64,000 bases of DNA. Origin: Butyrivibrio sp. (lineage in GTDB: Bacteria; Bacillota; Clostridia; Lachnospirales; Lachnospiraceae). Positions 37,344-46,317 of the stretch are shown here, one piece after another. The notes beneath the pieces were generated by a model. It had not been told where the DNA came from. It ran no database searches and worked only from the letters and a program-made list of their open reading frames with translations. Position 1 is the first letter of the stretch, and each line of letters starts with the position of its first letter. The stretch spans positions 4,172 through 68,171 of the forward strand of contig JAGAAO010000024.1 of NCBI GenBank assembly GCA_017615275.1, given 5' to 3'. Position numbers and translations under genes: made by a program.

Positions 37344-38298
37344 TCTTTTTTCCTTCCTGTTCAAAATTGATACGCTTCTCTTCAACAACTATAGGTCTTC
37401 CGATAACTCTGGTATTGATGTTGAGAATATACTCTCCGGTGAGCCCTATAAAGAAAAGCTGTATTGCCCCGATCAGGAACATTCCGATGATCATTGGTGC
37501 ATAACCTGCGTGGAAACTGTACCAATGAGTAAGCTTAAGTACAAGATACACAAACGCTACCACCATATCAAGCATCGCACATACAAACCCGGCTATGGTA
37601 CAAAGTCTCAAACCGACCTTGGTATATGATGTTATGCTGAGCATAGCTGCATCGTACAGTGTATAGAAATTGTTATGAGTCTTGCCGGCTCTTCTCTTTG
37701 GCTGCTCGTAAGTCACGGTAGTCATATTAAAGCCCTCACCGTACTCGGCAACGATACCTCTTATAAAAGGAACCGGATCGTTAAGCTGTCTTAAAAGTGA
37801 AATAAAAGTCTTATCGTAAAGTCCAAAACCCGTGAAATGCTCGATCATTCGAACGCTGGACATATTCTTTATCGTCTTGTAATACATGGTTCTAAGGAAG
37901 TAGACAAATCCGTTTTCCTTGCTTGATGCCTTAACTCCGCTGACGATCTTGTGACCTTCTTCCCACTTCTGTACAAAAACAGGAATGAGTTCGACAGGAT
38001 CCTGAAAGTCCGCGCACACTGGAATGACGCAATCTCCGTCAAGAGAGCACATTCCATGGAAAGGAGAATTGAACTGTCCGAAATTTGTAACGTTAAATAT
38101 CGCCTTTATCTTATTGTTTCCGGCACAGATCTTTTCAATCTTGTCTCTTGTTCCGTCTGTAGACGCATTATCTATAAATACGATCTCATAATCATAATTC
38201 GAAAGGTCTTTTTTCATGACCTCTTCAACCGCGGAAGAAATGCCTTCCACGTTCTCCACCTCATTAAAACAGGGGATAAGTACACTAATCTTTTTCAT
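37336..38298 (-). CDS. GtrB/ArnC-like polyprenyl-phosphate glycosyltransferase (GT2 with two C-terminal TM helices)
   Basis: ISVLIPCFNE, DNASTD, NFGQ, ADFQDP, RRAGKT, two TM helices and GEYI. ATG at 38298. Confidence 0.9.
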   Translation of the reverse strand: MKKISVLIPCFNEVENVEGISSAVEEVMKKDLSNYDYEIVFIDNASTDGTRDKIEKICAGNNKIKAIFNVTNFGQFNSPFHGMCSLDGDCVIPVCADFQDPVELIPVFVQKWEEGHKIVSGVKASSKENGFVYFLRTMYYKTIKNMSSVRMIEHFTGFGLYDKTFISLLRQLNDPVPFIRGIVAEYGEGFNMTTVTYEQPKRRAGKTHNNFYTLYDAAMLSITSYTKVGLRLCTIAGFVCAMLDMVVAFVYLVLKLTHWYSFHAGYAPMIIGMFLIGAIQLFFIGLTGEYILNINTRVIGRPIVVEEKRINFEQEGKKNE

Positions 38299-38370
38299 AA
38301 TATAATCCTCAAAAAAACTCCTCAAAACAATTAAACAGGAATTGCAAAAAATTCTCTATTTAAACAATTA

Positions 38371-38395
38371 TGCGGTGCCAATAAACAGCACCGCA
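38371..38395 (-). terminator. Hairpin downstream of the flavoprotein gene (weak terminator)
   Basis: TGCGGTGCT-GTTTATT-GGCACCGCA followed by TAATTGTTT. Confidence 0.5.
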
Positions 38396-38420
38396 CTTAT
38401 TATAAAATATGTTGATTGTA

Positions 38421-40013
38421 TCAGTCTACCTCGACCTCTTCAGCCTCGTCAGCACCTGTTTCAGCGGCATCTGACTCGTGATATTCCTTCTCAGTGTTGA
38501 CATTCCAGATATTGCTGCGGTCTGTCTCTCCGTTTATGATGTTCTTAACAACCTCAAAGGATGTGCACATCGAATGATCGATATTATTGTATCTGTGCTG
38601 TCCGTTACGTCCAACGCAGTAGAGATTATCTATTGTGTTGAGGTACTCGACAAGCTTATCCATCTCGTCATATGTATCAAAGTACGCAGGATACGCTTTC
38701 TTTACGCGTTCCATATGGTAGTCTATAACTTCTTTTTCATCACTGATAAGATTGAGTGTGACCATCTCACCGATTGCCATCTTGGCAAACTCATCCTCAG
38801 TCATGTTCCACATTGAATCACCTTCAAAGCAGAAGTACTCAAGTCCTACCCAGACTGTATTCTCAAGATCTTTAACAAGGTACGGTGACCAGTTGTTGTA
38901 GATCTGGAAACGTCCCATTTTTACAGTTCTGTCCTGTACGTATACCCAGTTATCGGGAACTATGTTGCCCATAGTCTTAATATTTGTCTTGTTTACAAGA
39001 TTAAGCTTCGGAACAAGAACTCCCAATGTCATGTAATCACGATAAGGAAGGCCTGCTGCGATTCTTGCGGGATCTTCGGGAACATCGTTCATTCCTGCAA
39101 CAAGATCCTTAACAGGCATGGAGCTTATGACAACATCGCCGTCTATCTCCATTTCTTTTCCATCCATAATATATGTAACGCCCTTGATATGGTTGTCGCT
39201 CTTTCTGATCTTGGTAACCTTGGCATTCATGATGATAGTTCCGCCAAGCTTCTTAACCTCCTCAGCCGTTACATCCCAGAGTTGACCGGGACCGAGCTTA
39301 GGATAGCTAAACTCCTCAATAAGTGAAGTCTCAACCTTGCCGCCTGTCTTACCTGACTTCTTGCGGAATGCGTTCTTAAGAACCGCAAGGATAGACACTC
39401 CCTTAACTCTCTGAGCGCCCCATGAAGGATCGATCTCAGAAGGATGTCTGCCCCAAAGGTTTTCTGTATAGTACTCAAAGAACATCGAGTAAAGTTTTTT
39501 ACCAAAACGATTTACATAGAAATCTTCAAGTGACTTCTCTTCTCTCTTAAAGATCATAGCGCCGAGATATGAAAATCCGCACTCAATTGTCTTGATAAGT
39601 CCCATGTTCTTAAATGTCTCTGCTTTAAGCGAGATTGGGTAATCATAGAACTTACGATCAAAGAAGATTCGAGACACTCTGTTTCTTCTGAGCATAACTC
39701 TGTCGGTCTTCTCAGGATCGGGACCACCCTCTTTCATTTTCATGGGTCTGTCAAGCACGATATCATCGTATGTAGGTGCGCCCTGCTGTGGAAGCATCTT
39801 CTCCCACCACTCGTTTACTTCGGGAACCTTAGAGAAGAATCGATGTCCTCCCATGTCCATACGATTTCCCTTATAGTTAACAGTTCTGGAGATTCCTCCG
39901 AACTTGTCTGTCTCTTCAAATATAACCACCTGATAGTCCTTGGACTTAGTAAGCAGCTCGTATGCCGCAGTAAGACCGGCAGGACCGGCACCTATAATTA
40001 AGGCCTTTTTCAT
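38421..40013 (-). CDS. FAD-dependent oxidoreductase, UDP-galactopyranose mutase/HemY-like fold
   Basis: IIGAGPAGL dinucleotide motif, [26 protein letters not shown] and [15 protein letters not shown]. Confidence 0.8.
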   Translation of the reverse strand: MKKALIIGAGPAGLTAAYELLTKSKDYQVVIFEETDKFGGISRTVNYKGNRMDMGGHRFFSKVPEVNEWWEKMLPQQGAPTYDDIVLDRPMKMKEGGPDPEKTDRVMLRRNRVSRIFFDRKFYDYPISLKAETFKNMGLIKTIECGFSYLGAMIFKREEKSLEDFYVNRFGKKLYSMFFEYYTENLWGRHPSEIDPSWGAQRVKGVSILAVLKNAFRKKSGKTGGKVETSLIEEFSYPKLGPGQLWDVTAEEVKKLGGTIIMNAKVTKIRKSDNHIKGVTYIMDGKEMEIDGDVVISSMPVKDLVAGMNDVPEDPARIAAGLPYRDYMTLGVLVPKLNLVNKTNIKTMGNIVPDNWVYVQDRTVKMGRFQIYNNWSPYLVKDLENTVWVGLEYFCFEGDSMWNMTEDEFAKMAIGEMVTLNLISDEKEVIDYHMERVKKAYPAYFDTYDEMDKLVEYLNTIDNLYCVGRNGQHRYNNIDHSMCTSFEVVKNIINGETDRSNIWNVNTEKEYHESDAAETGADEAEEVEVD

Positions 40014-40076
40014 TCTCTTTTCCTCTATAATTTTTTTGGTCGTCCGTTATCATTCATACGTACAGACAACAATAGT

Positions 40077-40105
40077 AGTATACCCTACACATTAATTTTC
40101 TTCAA
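40077..40105 (-). promoter_or_regulatory. Putative sigma-A promoter for the flavoprotein/GT2/udk genes
   Basis: TTGAAG-N17-TATACT on the minus strand, followed by a 5' hairpin (GTTGTCTGT...ACGGACGAC) and an AGAGG RBS. Confidence 0.6.
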
Positions 40106-40109
40106 GAAC

Positions 40110-40425
40110 TTGCGTAAGTGCATCGTTACCGCGCCGCACTTGTTCTATAGACGGATGCGCGGTTTACGTGAGATCTTGCCAAAAGCCAAAGCAACTCCCG
40201 TAAATTCTGCTAGGAATTGGAAAGTCCTCCGTTACCTATTTTACCATACCAGATAAAAATCATCTCTTTCACACTTTTTATCTGGAATCGCCCTGAGCTC
40301 GTAGCCCAGAGTCTCAAGTCCTGCCCTCCAACACCTGCAAAGCCGCATCACAGCCGTAGAGTCTCATCACACCTCCCTGCATAACCACGGCATTAGAGTG
40401 CCCCCTAACACGCAAACCGGTAAAC
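40110..40425 (-). other. Hairpin-rich intergenic element (candidate structured RNA, unassigned)
   Basis: Inverted repeats at about 40128-40163, 40163-40204, 40249-40285, 40291-40311 and 40389-40402; visibly more GC-rich than the other spacers. Confidence 0.35.
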
Positions 40426-40426
40426 T

Positions 40427-40456
40427 AGAAAAGAGCCCTCGCGAAGGCTCTTTTCT
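40427..40456 (-). terminator. Intrinsic terminator after the SGNH lipoprotein gene (could work on both strands)
   Basis: AGAAAAGAGCCTT-CGCG-AGGGCTCTTTTCT with T-rich runs on both strands. Confidence 0.8.
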
Positions 40457-40537
40457 CTATATAAACCATACAGTGACTTGTCTTTAAAAACGCCCGATTT
40501 TCTCTAAAAGCGCTGTTCAAAACATTCCCGATCTTCT

Positions 40538-41728
40538 TTAGTCGTCATCTTCGCCGGCGCCGTGTTCTCTTGCGAGAGGATAGCCACCGTCCTTAAGTTC
40601 ATTGTATGCGTCAGGATATTCACTTTCCAATCTGTCATCAGAAATCATGAAATAATCTTCATAATCAAAATCTTTTATATGTATGTAATCATTCTCGAGA
40701 TATGCATATGGCTCGTTCTTCTCGTAGAAGTTCGGAATATGAGCAAGAAGTCTTGCAAAAATATATCTTCCGGTCTCGGTAAGGTGAGTACCGTCCATAA
40801 GGTACTCCTCTGCAGTATCAAGGTAAAGATCACATCTCTTGTCATCATTCATTGCATCGAAATCGATAAGGCCGAGATCTTCAGCAACATTGAGTGTCTT
40901 TCTTGAATAATTTGCAAGAGTGTCAATTCCGTTACTTACTACATAAGAATCGCCAAGGAATTTGCCCTGACTGTCCATATAGATTCCGTAAAAAGGAGTC
41001 ATAAGAACAATCTTTGCATTGGGGCTTATCTTCTTAAGTGTTCTCACACCGTTCTCAAGCGCATCATAATATGTATGAAGCGGGTTACCCTCGTGCTGAG
41101 TTGAATCAAGCGGGATCTTTGTAAAGAAATCATTTGCTCCGTATTCGATAAAGTAATAGTCAACTTCCTCTGGATCGATCTTGTTCATGTTATCAAGAAC
41201 TACAGGATAGTTGCCGAAAACTTTCTCTCTGTCAACTTTATCCGCAAGAGCATAAGCTACTCCGTTAAAAGAAATAGAATCCCATTTATCTAAAGACGTG
41301 TCTGTAGTTGAATGCTCAAGAGCCGCAGTTGTTCCGCCGATTCCGAGATTATAAGCAACAGAATTGGGAACTCTTCTTGAAACCTGTGTTGCAAGGTCCG
41401 TTCCGTCGTCTCTTCCGTTCTCGATCTGGCTGTCTCCGATGAATACCATAACAACTTTGTCAGGGTCTTCAATCTCCGTGTCTGCTGCATTCGCTACAGA
41501 AGTCGAAAGCGCTGCACTTGTCTCTTCAAGAATAGGCTGAAGGATATCCTCAGCTACAACTATAGAACCTGCACTCGCAGCCTGATCGCTTGAATCGGCT
41601 GACATCGCAAGCTCATCATTTATATACTCTTCCGCAACTTCCGTACTGTGATCAAAAGCCGCACATCCGCAAGTGGTCATTACAACAACTGTAATACCAG
41701 CTACTAATCCAAGATAATTTCTATTCAT
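40538..41728 (-). CDS. SGNH/GDSL esterase or acyltransferase, probable lipoprotein
   Basis: Signal peptide ending TTCGC; FIGDS, NLGIGG, YGAND and DGTH give a complete SGNH catalytic set. Confidence 0.87.
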   Translation of the reverse strand: MNRNYLGLVAGITVVVMTTCGCAAFDHSTEVAEEYINDELAMSADSSDQAASAGSIVVAEDILQPILEETSAALSTSVANAADTEIEDPDKVVMVFIGDSQIENGRDDGTDLATQVSRRVPNSVAYNLGIGGTTAALEHSTTDTSLDKWDSISFNGVAYALADKVDREKVFGNYPVVLDNMNKIDPEEVDYYFIEYGANDFFTKIPLDSTQHEGNPLHTYYDALENGVRTLKKISPNAKIVLMTPFYGIYMDSQGKFLGDSYVVSNGIDTLANYSRKTLNVAEDLGLIDFDAMNDDKRCDLYLDTAEEYLMDGTHLTETGRYIFARLLAHIPNFYEKNEPYAYLENDYIHIKDFDYEDYFMISDDRLESEYPDAYNELKDGGYPLAREHGAGEDDD

Positions 41729-41862
41729 ATTTTCTCCTCACTAATTCCTATCATCACAATCTAATTCTAACATCTATTCTGTGAAAAAAAATGCAAAATG
41801 ACCAAAATTAATGAAATCTGCCGTCAATATTAAGAAAGTCTTAAGAAGTTCGCTTATTTGCG

Positions 41863-43098
41863 TTATTTGATGTTTTTTATTCCGATCAATATAACAATTA
41901 TAAATCTAACCGCGTTCACAACAACAAGACCGTACGCATATCCGCCAAGTCCCCACAAGTATGTGACAGGAACCAGCACTACAGCAAAAATGATACCGTA
42001 TATCAGGTTTATAACAAACTGAAGCTTCTCTTTGGTAAAAGCAAGAAGCACGACCATCAGCGATCCCGATATGAAATAAAGCATCTGTCCGAGATTTGCA
42101 ACAAAGAAGTACTTAGAAGCCTCGTCATAAACAAGCGGATAAAACAATCTGACAAATATCATCGAAGCAACGCAGCATGCTACGGCACCTATTACCGTTG
42201 CTCCCAGAAATGCCACACCGATTATGCCGAATCTCTTTTTATCCATCTTCACCTTATAATTGATAAGATAGCTTATAACTATTCCGTTTAACGGTGTCGT
42301 TATCATAGCAACCACTTTGCCCATAAGGCTCGCCGTGTAATAAACCGTAGTCTTAACCGGGCCCGCAAACGGCGTCAAAAGAAGCCTGTCCGAATTAAGT
42401 ATAAGCGCGCCCACAAGGTTACTGCCCGATATATACCATGCCGACTTGATATTTTCTTTGAAGAACTTTGACTTCTCAAAAAACGGGGCTCTGAAGATAT
42501 TACCCGAAGCAACCGTAAATCCGATACCGAACAATTCTCCGAGCAAGAACACCAATATCCAGCTCTTTGTCACAGGATACAACAGAAGTCCCAAAACATA
42601 TCCAAGAGAAGTAAAAGAAAAAAAGATGAAATAATCTTTGAACCTTATTGTCATTCTGTACTGAACATCCGCGTAATATCTAAACACAGTTGCAATCGTC
42701 AGTACAAAAAAAGCTACAAAAAAGCCCGCCGACTTAACATCGGAAACACCATCCGCAACCTTTGCGGTGCTGATTGAGATGAGAGTTACGGGAACAGCTA
42801 TCGCACAGATCATAAGAAGAAAAATATTGTAATCTCCGTTCTTCTCCTCTCTGTCCTTCTTTGCCATCATTCTGGAATAGCTTGCTGCCGTTCCGAATCC
42901 CATACTCATTGTTGACACTACTGATGTAAAAAAAAGAACGATGCCCATAGCCGCTTTTCCCATCTGAGCATTAAGCCTGGGATTTACGAGAAGCGACAAT
43001 ACACCGTTGTAGATTACAAGCGCCAATATACTGAATACAAAATCTTTCGAGGCTTTTTTTAAAAGCCCCGAATCTTTTTTTACTGCATTATCTTCCAT
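41863..43098 (-). CDS. Wzx-like (MOP) polysaccharide flippase
   Basis: 411 aa, about 12 TM helices in two halves; NSDRLLL...YYTASLMGK pattern; context. Confidence 0.68.
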   Translation of the reverse strand: MEDNAVKKDSGLLKKASKDFVFSILALVIYNGVLSLLVNPRLNAQMGKAAMGIVLFFTSVVSTMSMGFGTAASYSRMMAKKDREEKNGDYNIFLLMICAIAVPVTLISISTAKVADGVSDVKSAGFFVAFFVLTIATVFRYYADVQYRMTIRFKDYFIFFSFTSLGYVLGLLLYPVTKSWILVFLLGELFGIGFTVASGNIFRAPFFEKSKFFKENIKSAWYISGSNLVGALILNSDRLLLTPFAGPVKTTVYYTASLMGKVVAMITTPLNGIVISYLINYKVKMDKKRFGIIGVAFLGATVIGAVACCVASMIFVRLFYPLVYDEASKYFFVANLGQMLYFISGSLMVVLLAFTKEKLQFVINLIYGIIFAVVLVPVTYLWGLGGYAYGLVVVNAVRFIIVILIGIKNIK

Positions 43099-43113
43099 TT
43101 GTTCAAAAATTCC

Positions 43114-44157
43114 TTAATACGTCTTTCCGGTCGCATACTCACTGGGTTTACCCTCAACTATATTTAGAGTCTTGTTCGTATCGACTTCGTCGTTTTCTTC
43201 TTTATCCTTATCTTTCTTGTCTTTATCTTTTTTGTCCTTGTCTTCCTTATCCTTGTCCTTTTTATCTGTCTCTTTCTTATCCTCATCATCGGACACGGCT
43301 TCGGCAGCCTCATCGACTTCGTCTTCAAACTTAAGTATCTTTACGGCTGTGACCTGAACCCTGAAATCAGTGTCGTCTTTTGCGGTGCATACATAATTTG
43401 TATCTTCTGTCTCAAACGTTTCTACTTTACCGTATACAGAATCACCTTTTTTCTTTGACTCAACCTGAACTTTGTAATAAGAAGCATCCTCGACTTTATC
43501 CCACTCGAAGTAAACTTCTTTTTCCTTTTCGGTTTCCTTTTTATCTTTTTTCTTCTTGTCTTCCTTCTTGCCGTCTTCTTTCTTCTTGCTGTCTTCGTCC
43601 TTACTATCGTCTTTTAAGACTCCGGCTTTTACAACAGGAGTTCCGGGAAGTCCGTCATATGAACTGCCTGTTACATATGGACTCCACGCACTTCTGTAGC
43701 GATCCAAACCGTCTTTCTTTTTATATGCTCTGACTTTCAGTCTGTAATCGACATTGCCTTCGGACTGTGCAATATAGAAAGTACTCTTTGTTTCGAATAC
43801 TTCCGATTTCTGTCCGAATTCATCAATTCTCTGATATACTTCGGAATCAATAGGCTTTACTTCCGCAAATACCTCATATCCGTCAGCTTCCTCTACACGA
43901 TCCCACTCGAAACGAACTTCAACTCCGTTAACCGTCGAATGCAACTCTCCATCCTTAACGTTCGGAACCTTTAGCTCTACCTTTTCTTCTTCACTTGCTT
44001 CAGAAGATGCCTCATCCGACGCATCAAAAGAACCGGGTGCAGCGTGCTGTGATATTGACTGATCAGCTTCGATAAAAGATTCAATATCCAAACCGCAACC
44101 GGCCGTTACAACCACTGTAAGGCTCAATGCTAACATGATCACTATTCTATTTTTCAT
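43114..44157 (-). CDS. Lipoprotein with two fibronectin-III-like repeats and Lys/Asp-rich inserts
   Basis: Lipobox VTAGC; FEWDxVExAxxYxV...RxxVxA...S.Y.TG twice; paralogue of 45222..46205. Confidence 0.72.
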   Translation of the reverse strand: MKNRIVIMLALSLTVVVTAGCGLDIESFIEADQSISQHAAPGSFDASDEASSEASEEEKVELKVPNVKDGELHSTVNGVEVRFEWDRVEEADGYEVFAEVKPIDSEVYQRIDEFGQKSEVFETKSTFYIAQSEGNVDYRLKVRAYKKKDGLDRYRSAWSPYVTGSSYDGLPGTPVVKAGVLKDDSKDEDSKKKEDGKKEDKKKKDKKETEKEKEVYFEWDKVEDASYYKVQVESKKKGDSVYGKVETFETEDTNYVCTAKDDTDFRVQVTAVKILKFEDEVDEAAEAVSDDEDKKETDKKDKDKEDKDKKDKDKKDKDKEENDEVDTNKTLNIVEGKPSEYATGKTY

Positions 44158-44260
44158 TTAAATCTCCTTGCCTAACAACTATTCCAAATACCAACTAAAC
44201 TCTACTTGCAGGCAACCCCCGGATTACTCCTTACAGAAGCACTTAAAAATGTGATATGAA

Positions 44261-45202
44261 TTATTTCGTCATATCATTTTCTTTATGGCGCTGAAGCATA
44301 TTGAGCTGCATCTCAAATTCGCGCCTGTTATTTATTGAAAGTGTCGACAGAATAACTCCCGCAAAAAAGCTCTGAACCGCTGCGAGCATGATAAAGCAGC
44401 AAACGATCAGTGTAGGGAATCTGGGCACAAGATGTGTCTGCCAGTACTCTGTCAAAATAGGTACAAAAAAGATCATTGATATTATCGCAAGTATAGCTGC
44501 GATAATAAGGAAAAATCCAAAAGGCTTGTAGTTTCTGTAAAGCCTTGCAATTGTCTTAAGTACCTTTATTCCGTCCGCATATGTATTGAGCTTACTCTCA
44601 GATCCTTCCGGTCTGTCTCTGTACTCAATTATGACATTATCAATCTGCATATTGTTGTACACAGCGTGAATAGTCATCTCTGTCTCTATCTCAAATCCTT
44701 TTGAAAGAACCGGGAAGGTCTTTACAAACGCATAGCTGAAAGCCCTGTATCCCGTCATTATATCCCTAATGTTACATCCAAAGAGTCTGTTGATGCTTCC
44801 TCTTACAAGATTGTTTCCGAAATTGTGGAAAGGTCTCTTGTTCTCCTGATAATATGTCGATGAAAGTCTGTCACCTACTACCATATCGGCATTGTGATTA
44901 AGCACAAGATCAACCATATCAGGTGCAGAATCCATAGGATATGTATCGTCTCCGTCAACCATTACATATACGAGAGCATCAATCTCACGGAACATACGTC
45001 TTATAACATTTCCCTTGCCCTGCATATACTCGTTGCGAACAATCGCACCCTCAGCCTCTGCTATCTCTGCAGTTCTGTCCTTTGAATTATTGTTGTACAC
45101 ATATATTACAGCCTCAGGAAGTGCCGCTTTGGCATCCCTTATAACTTTGGCTATAGTTTTTTCTTCATTGTAACACGGAATCAAAACCGCAATCTTATCC
45201 AT
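44261..45202 (-). CDS. Polyprenyl-phosphate glycosyltransferase (DPM1/GtrB-like GT2 with two C-terminal TM helices)
   Basis: AVLIPCYNEE, QGKG, VDGDDTY, DIMTGYR, GFEIETE, YRDRPEGSESKL and two TM helices. Confidence 0.9.
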   Translation of the reverse strand: MDKIAVLIPCYNEEKTIAKVIRDAKAALPEAVIYVYNNNSKDRTAEIAEAEGAIVRNEYMQGKGNVIRRMFREIDALVYVMVDGDDTYPMDSAPDMVDLVLNHNADMVVGDRLSSTYYQENKRPFHNFGNNLVRGSINRLFGCNIRDIMTGYRAFSYAFVKTFPVLSKGFEIETEMTIHAVYNNMQIDNVIIEYRDRPEGSESKLNTYADGIKVLKTIARLYRNYKPFGFFLIIAAILAIISMIFFVPILTEYWQTHLVPRFPTLIVCCFIMLAAVQSFFAGVILSTLSINNRREFEMQLNMLQRHKENDMTK

Positions 45203-45221
45203 AATAACCCCTTAAGTAATA

Positions 45222-46205
45222 TTATTTTGTGTATGTCTTTCCATTGGCATAAGAACTCGGCTGACTGCTTAGCACTTTCTTCTTTCCATTGGTCCAAACG
45301 TTCTTAACTGCTTTTACTGTAATTCTGATATCATTTCCTTCCGGTCCGGAATAAGTGTATCTCGTACTGTTAGAAAATGTACGCTCCAATATTGTGTATT
45401 CCGATTTATCCTTGGGCTTTTCCTCAACCACTATCTCATAATTATCGGCGCCGTCCACAGAATCCCACTCAAACAACAATACCCAGTTTCCACCGCCGGA
45501 AGAAGTTACTACTGCGTCTTTTACAACCGGAGTTGCAAGGGCTTCATCGTTAGTATTGCCGGCTGCATACTCACTCCACTCTCCGCAAACGCCTTCCTTG
45601 ATAGTTCCGCTGTATGCTCTTACTTTGATTCTTATATCATAGTTAAGCTTACCGCTGTAAGAATAATTTGTTTCTGTTGTAAAATTATTCTCTAAAACAT
45701 TATAACCGGTAGTTCCTTCGGGTCTTCCCTCAACTGTCACTTCATATCGGTTTGCGCCCTCAACAGGATCCCACTCAAAATAAGCCTCAATACCATTGTC
45801 ACCGACCCTCGTAGTTCCGGCCTTAACACTTGGCACTCCGGGAACATCGCTCTTTTCTTTCTTGTCCGAGTCCTTCTTATCGGATTTTTTCTTATCAGAA
45901 TCTTTTTTATCTGAATCCTTTTTATCAGAATCCTTCTTAGATGTTTCCTTGTCCTTGCTTTCTACCGAAGCCTCCGACGATGCTGCATCCGAACTTGCTT
46001 CAGATATAGCCTCGGCAGACATATCTGTTGATGCTTCCGATATTGCTTCCAACGGAACCTCACCCGGTTCTTCTGAGATTTCCTCTGATGCTGAATCAGA
46101 AGCGTCTTCCTTACTATTAAGAGAACCATTGCTGTTGGAGCTGCAACCTGTCATCACGCCCACAAGAAGGCATAATGCTACCATAATTGACGATCTTTTT
46201 ATCAT
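45222..46205 (-). CDS. Lipoprotein with an Ala/Ser/Glu stalk, KKDSD repeats and two fibronectin-III-like repeats
   Basis: Lipobox MTGC; repeated EAISEAS; FEWDPVEGANRYEV and FEWDSVDGADNYEI. Confidence 0.72.
   Translation of the reverse strand: MIKRSSIMVALCLLVGVMTGCSSNSNGSLNSKEDASDSASEEISEEPGEVPLEAISEASTDMSAEAISEASSDAASSEASVESKDKETSKKDSDKKDSDKKDSDKKKSDKKDSDKKEKSDVPGVPSVKAGTTRVGDNGIEAYFEWDPVEGANRYEVTVEGRPEGTTGYNVLENNFTTETNYSYSGKLNYDIRIKVRAYSGTIKEGVCGEWSEYAAGNTNDEALATPVVKDAVVTSSGGGNWVLLFEWDSVDGADNYEIVVEEKPKDKSEYTILERTFSNSTRYTYSGPEGNDIRITVKAVKNVWTNGKKKVLSSQPSSYANGKTYTK
45858..45938. repeat. 15-bp-period coding repeat, (KKDSD)x5
   Basis: Translation KKDSDKKDSDKKDSDKKKSDKKDSDKK, with synonymous variation between units. 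Confidence 0.85.
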
Positions 46206-46236
46206 GGTAAATTCTCCTTATTAAAAAATATTACTT

Positions 46237-46279
46237 TATGGAATGCTGATTATATCAGCATTTCCATAGAATTATACCA
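46237..46279 (-). promoter_or_regulatory. Extended -10 promoter (TGGTATAAT) with an inverted repeat over the predicted start site
   Basis: TGnTATAAT at 46271-46279; TATGGAATGCTGAT-TAT-ATCAGCATTTCCATA at 46237-46268. Confidence 0.6.
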
Positions 46280-46317
46280 TAATTAACAAATCACTGCAGA
46301 TAAACTTGCATAAAAAT

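Noticed and set aside
40210-40235. GGAAAGTCC resembling the RNase P RNA 5' motif
   Set aside because: The context is TTGGAAAGTCCTCC rather than GAGGAAAGTCCGGG, and I found no 3' ACAGAA...CGGC partner.
41784-43060. A/T homopolymers of 7-8 nt as phase-variation tracts
   Set aside because: Such lengths are expected in AT-rich DNA and all frames are intact.
44160-44260. TTGCCT/AGGCAA pairing that could hide the RBS of the 43114 gene
   Set aside because: Only about 6-7 bp across a long loop; too weak without folding or conservation data.
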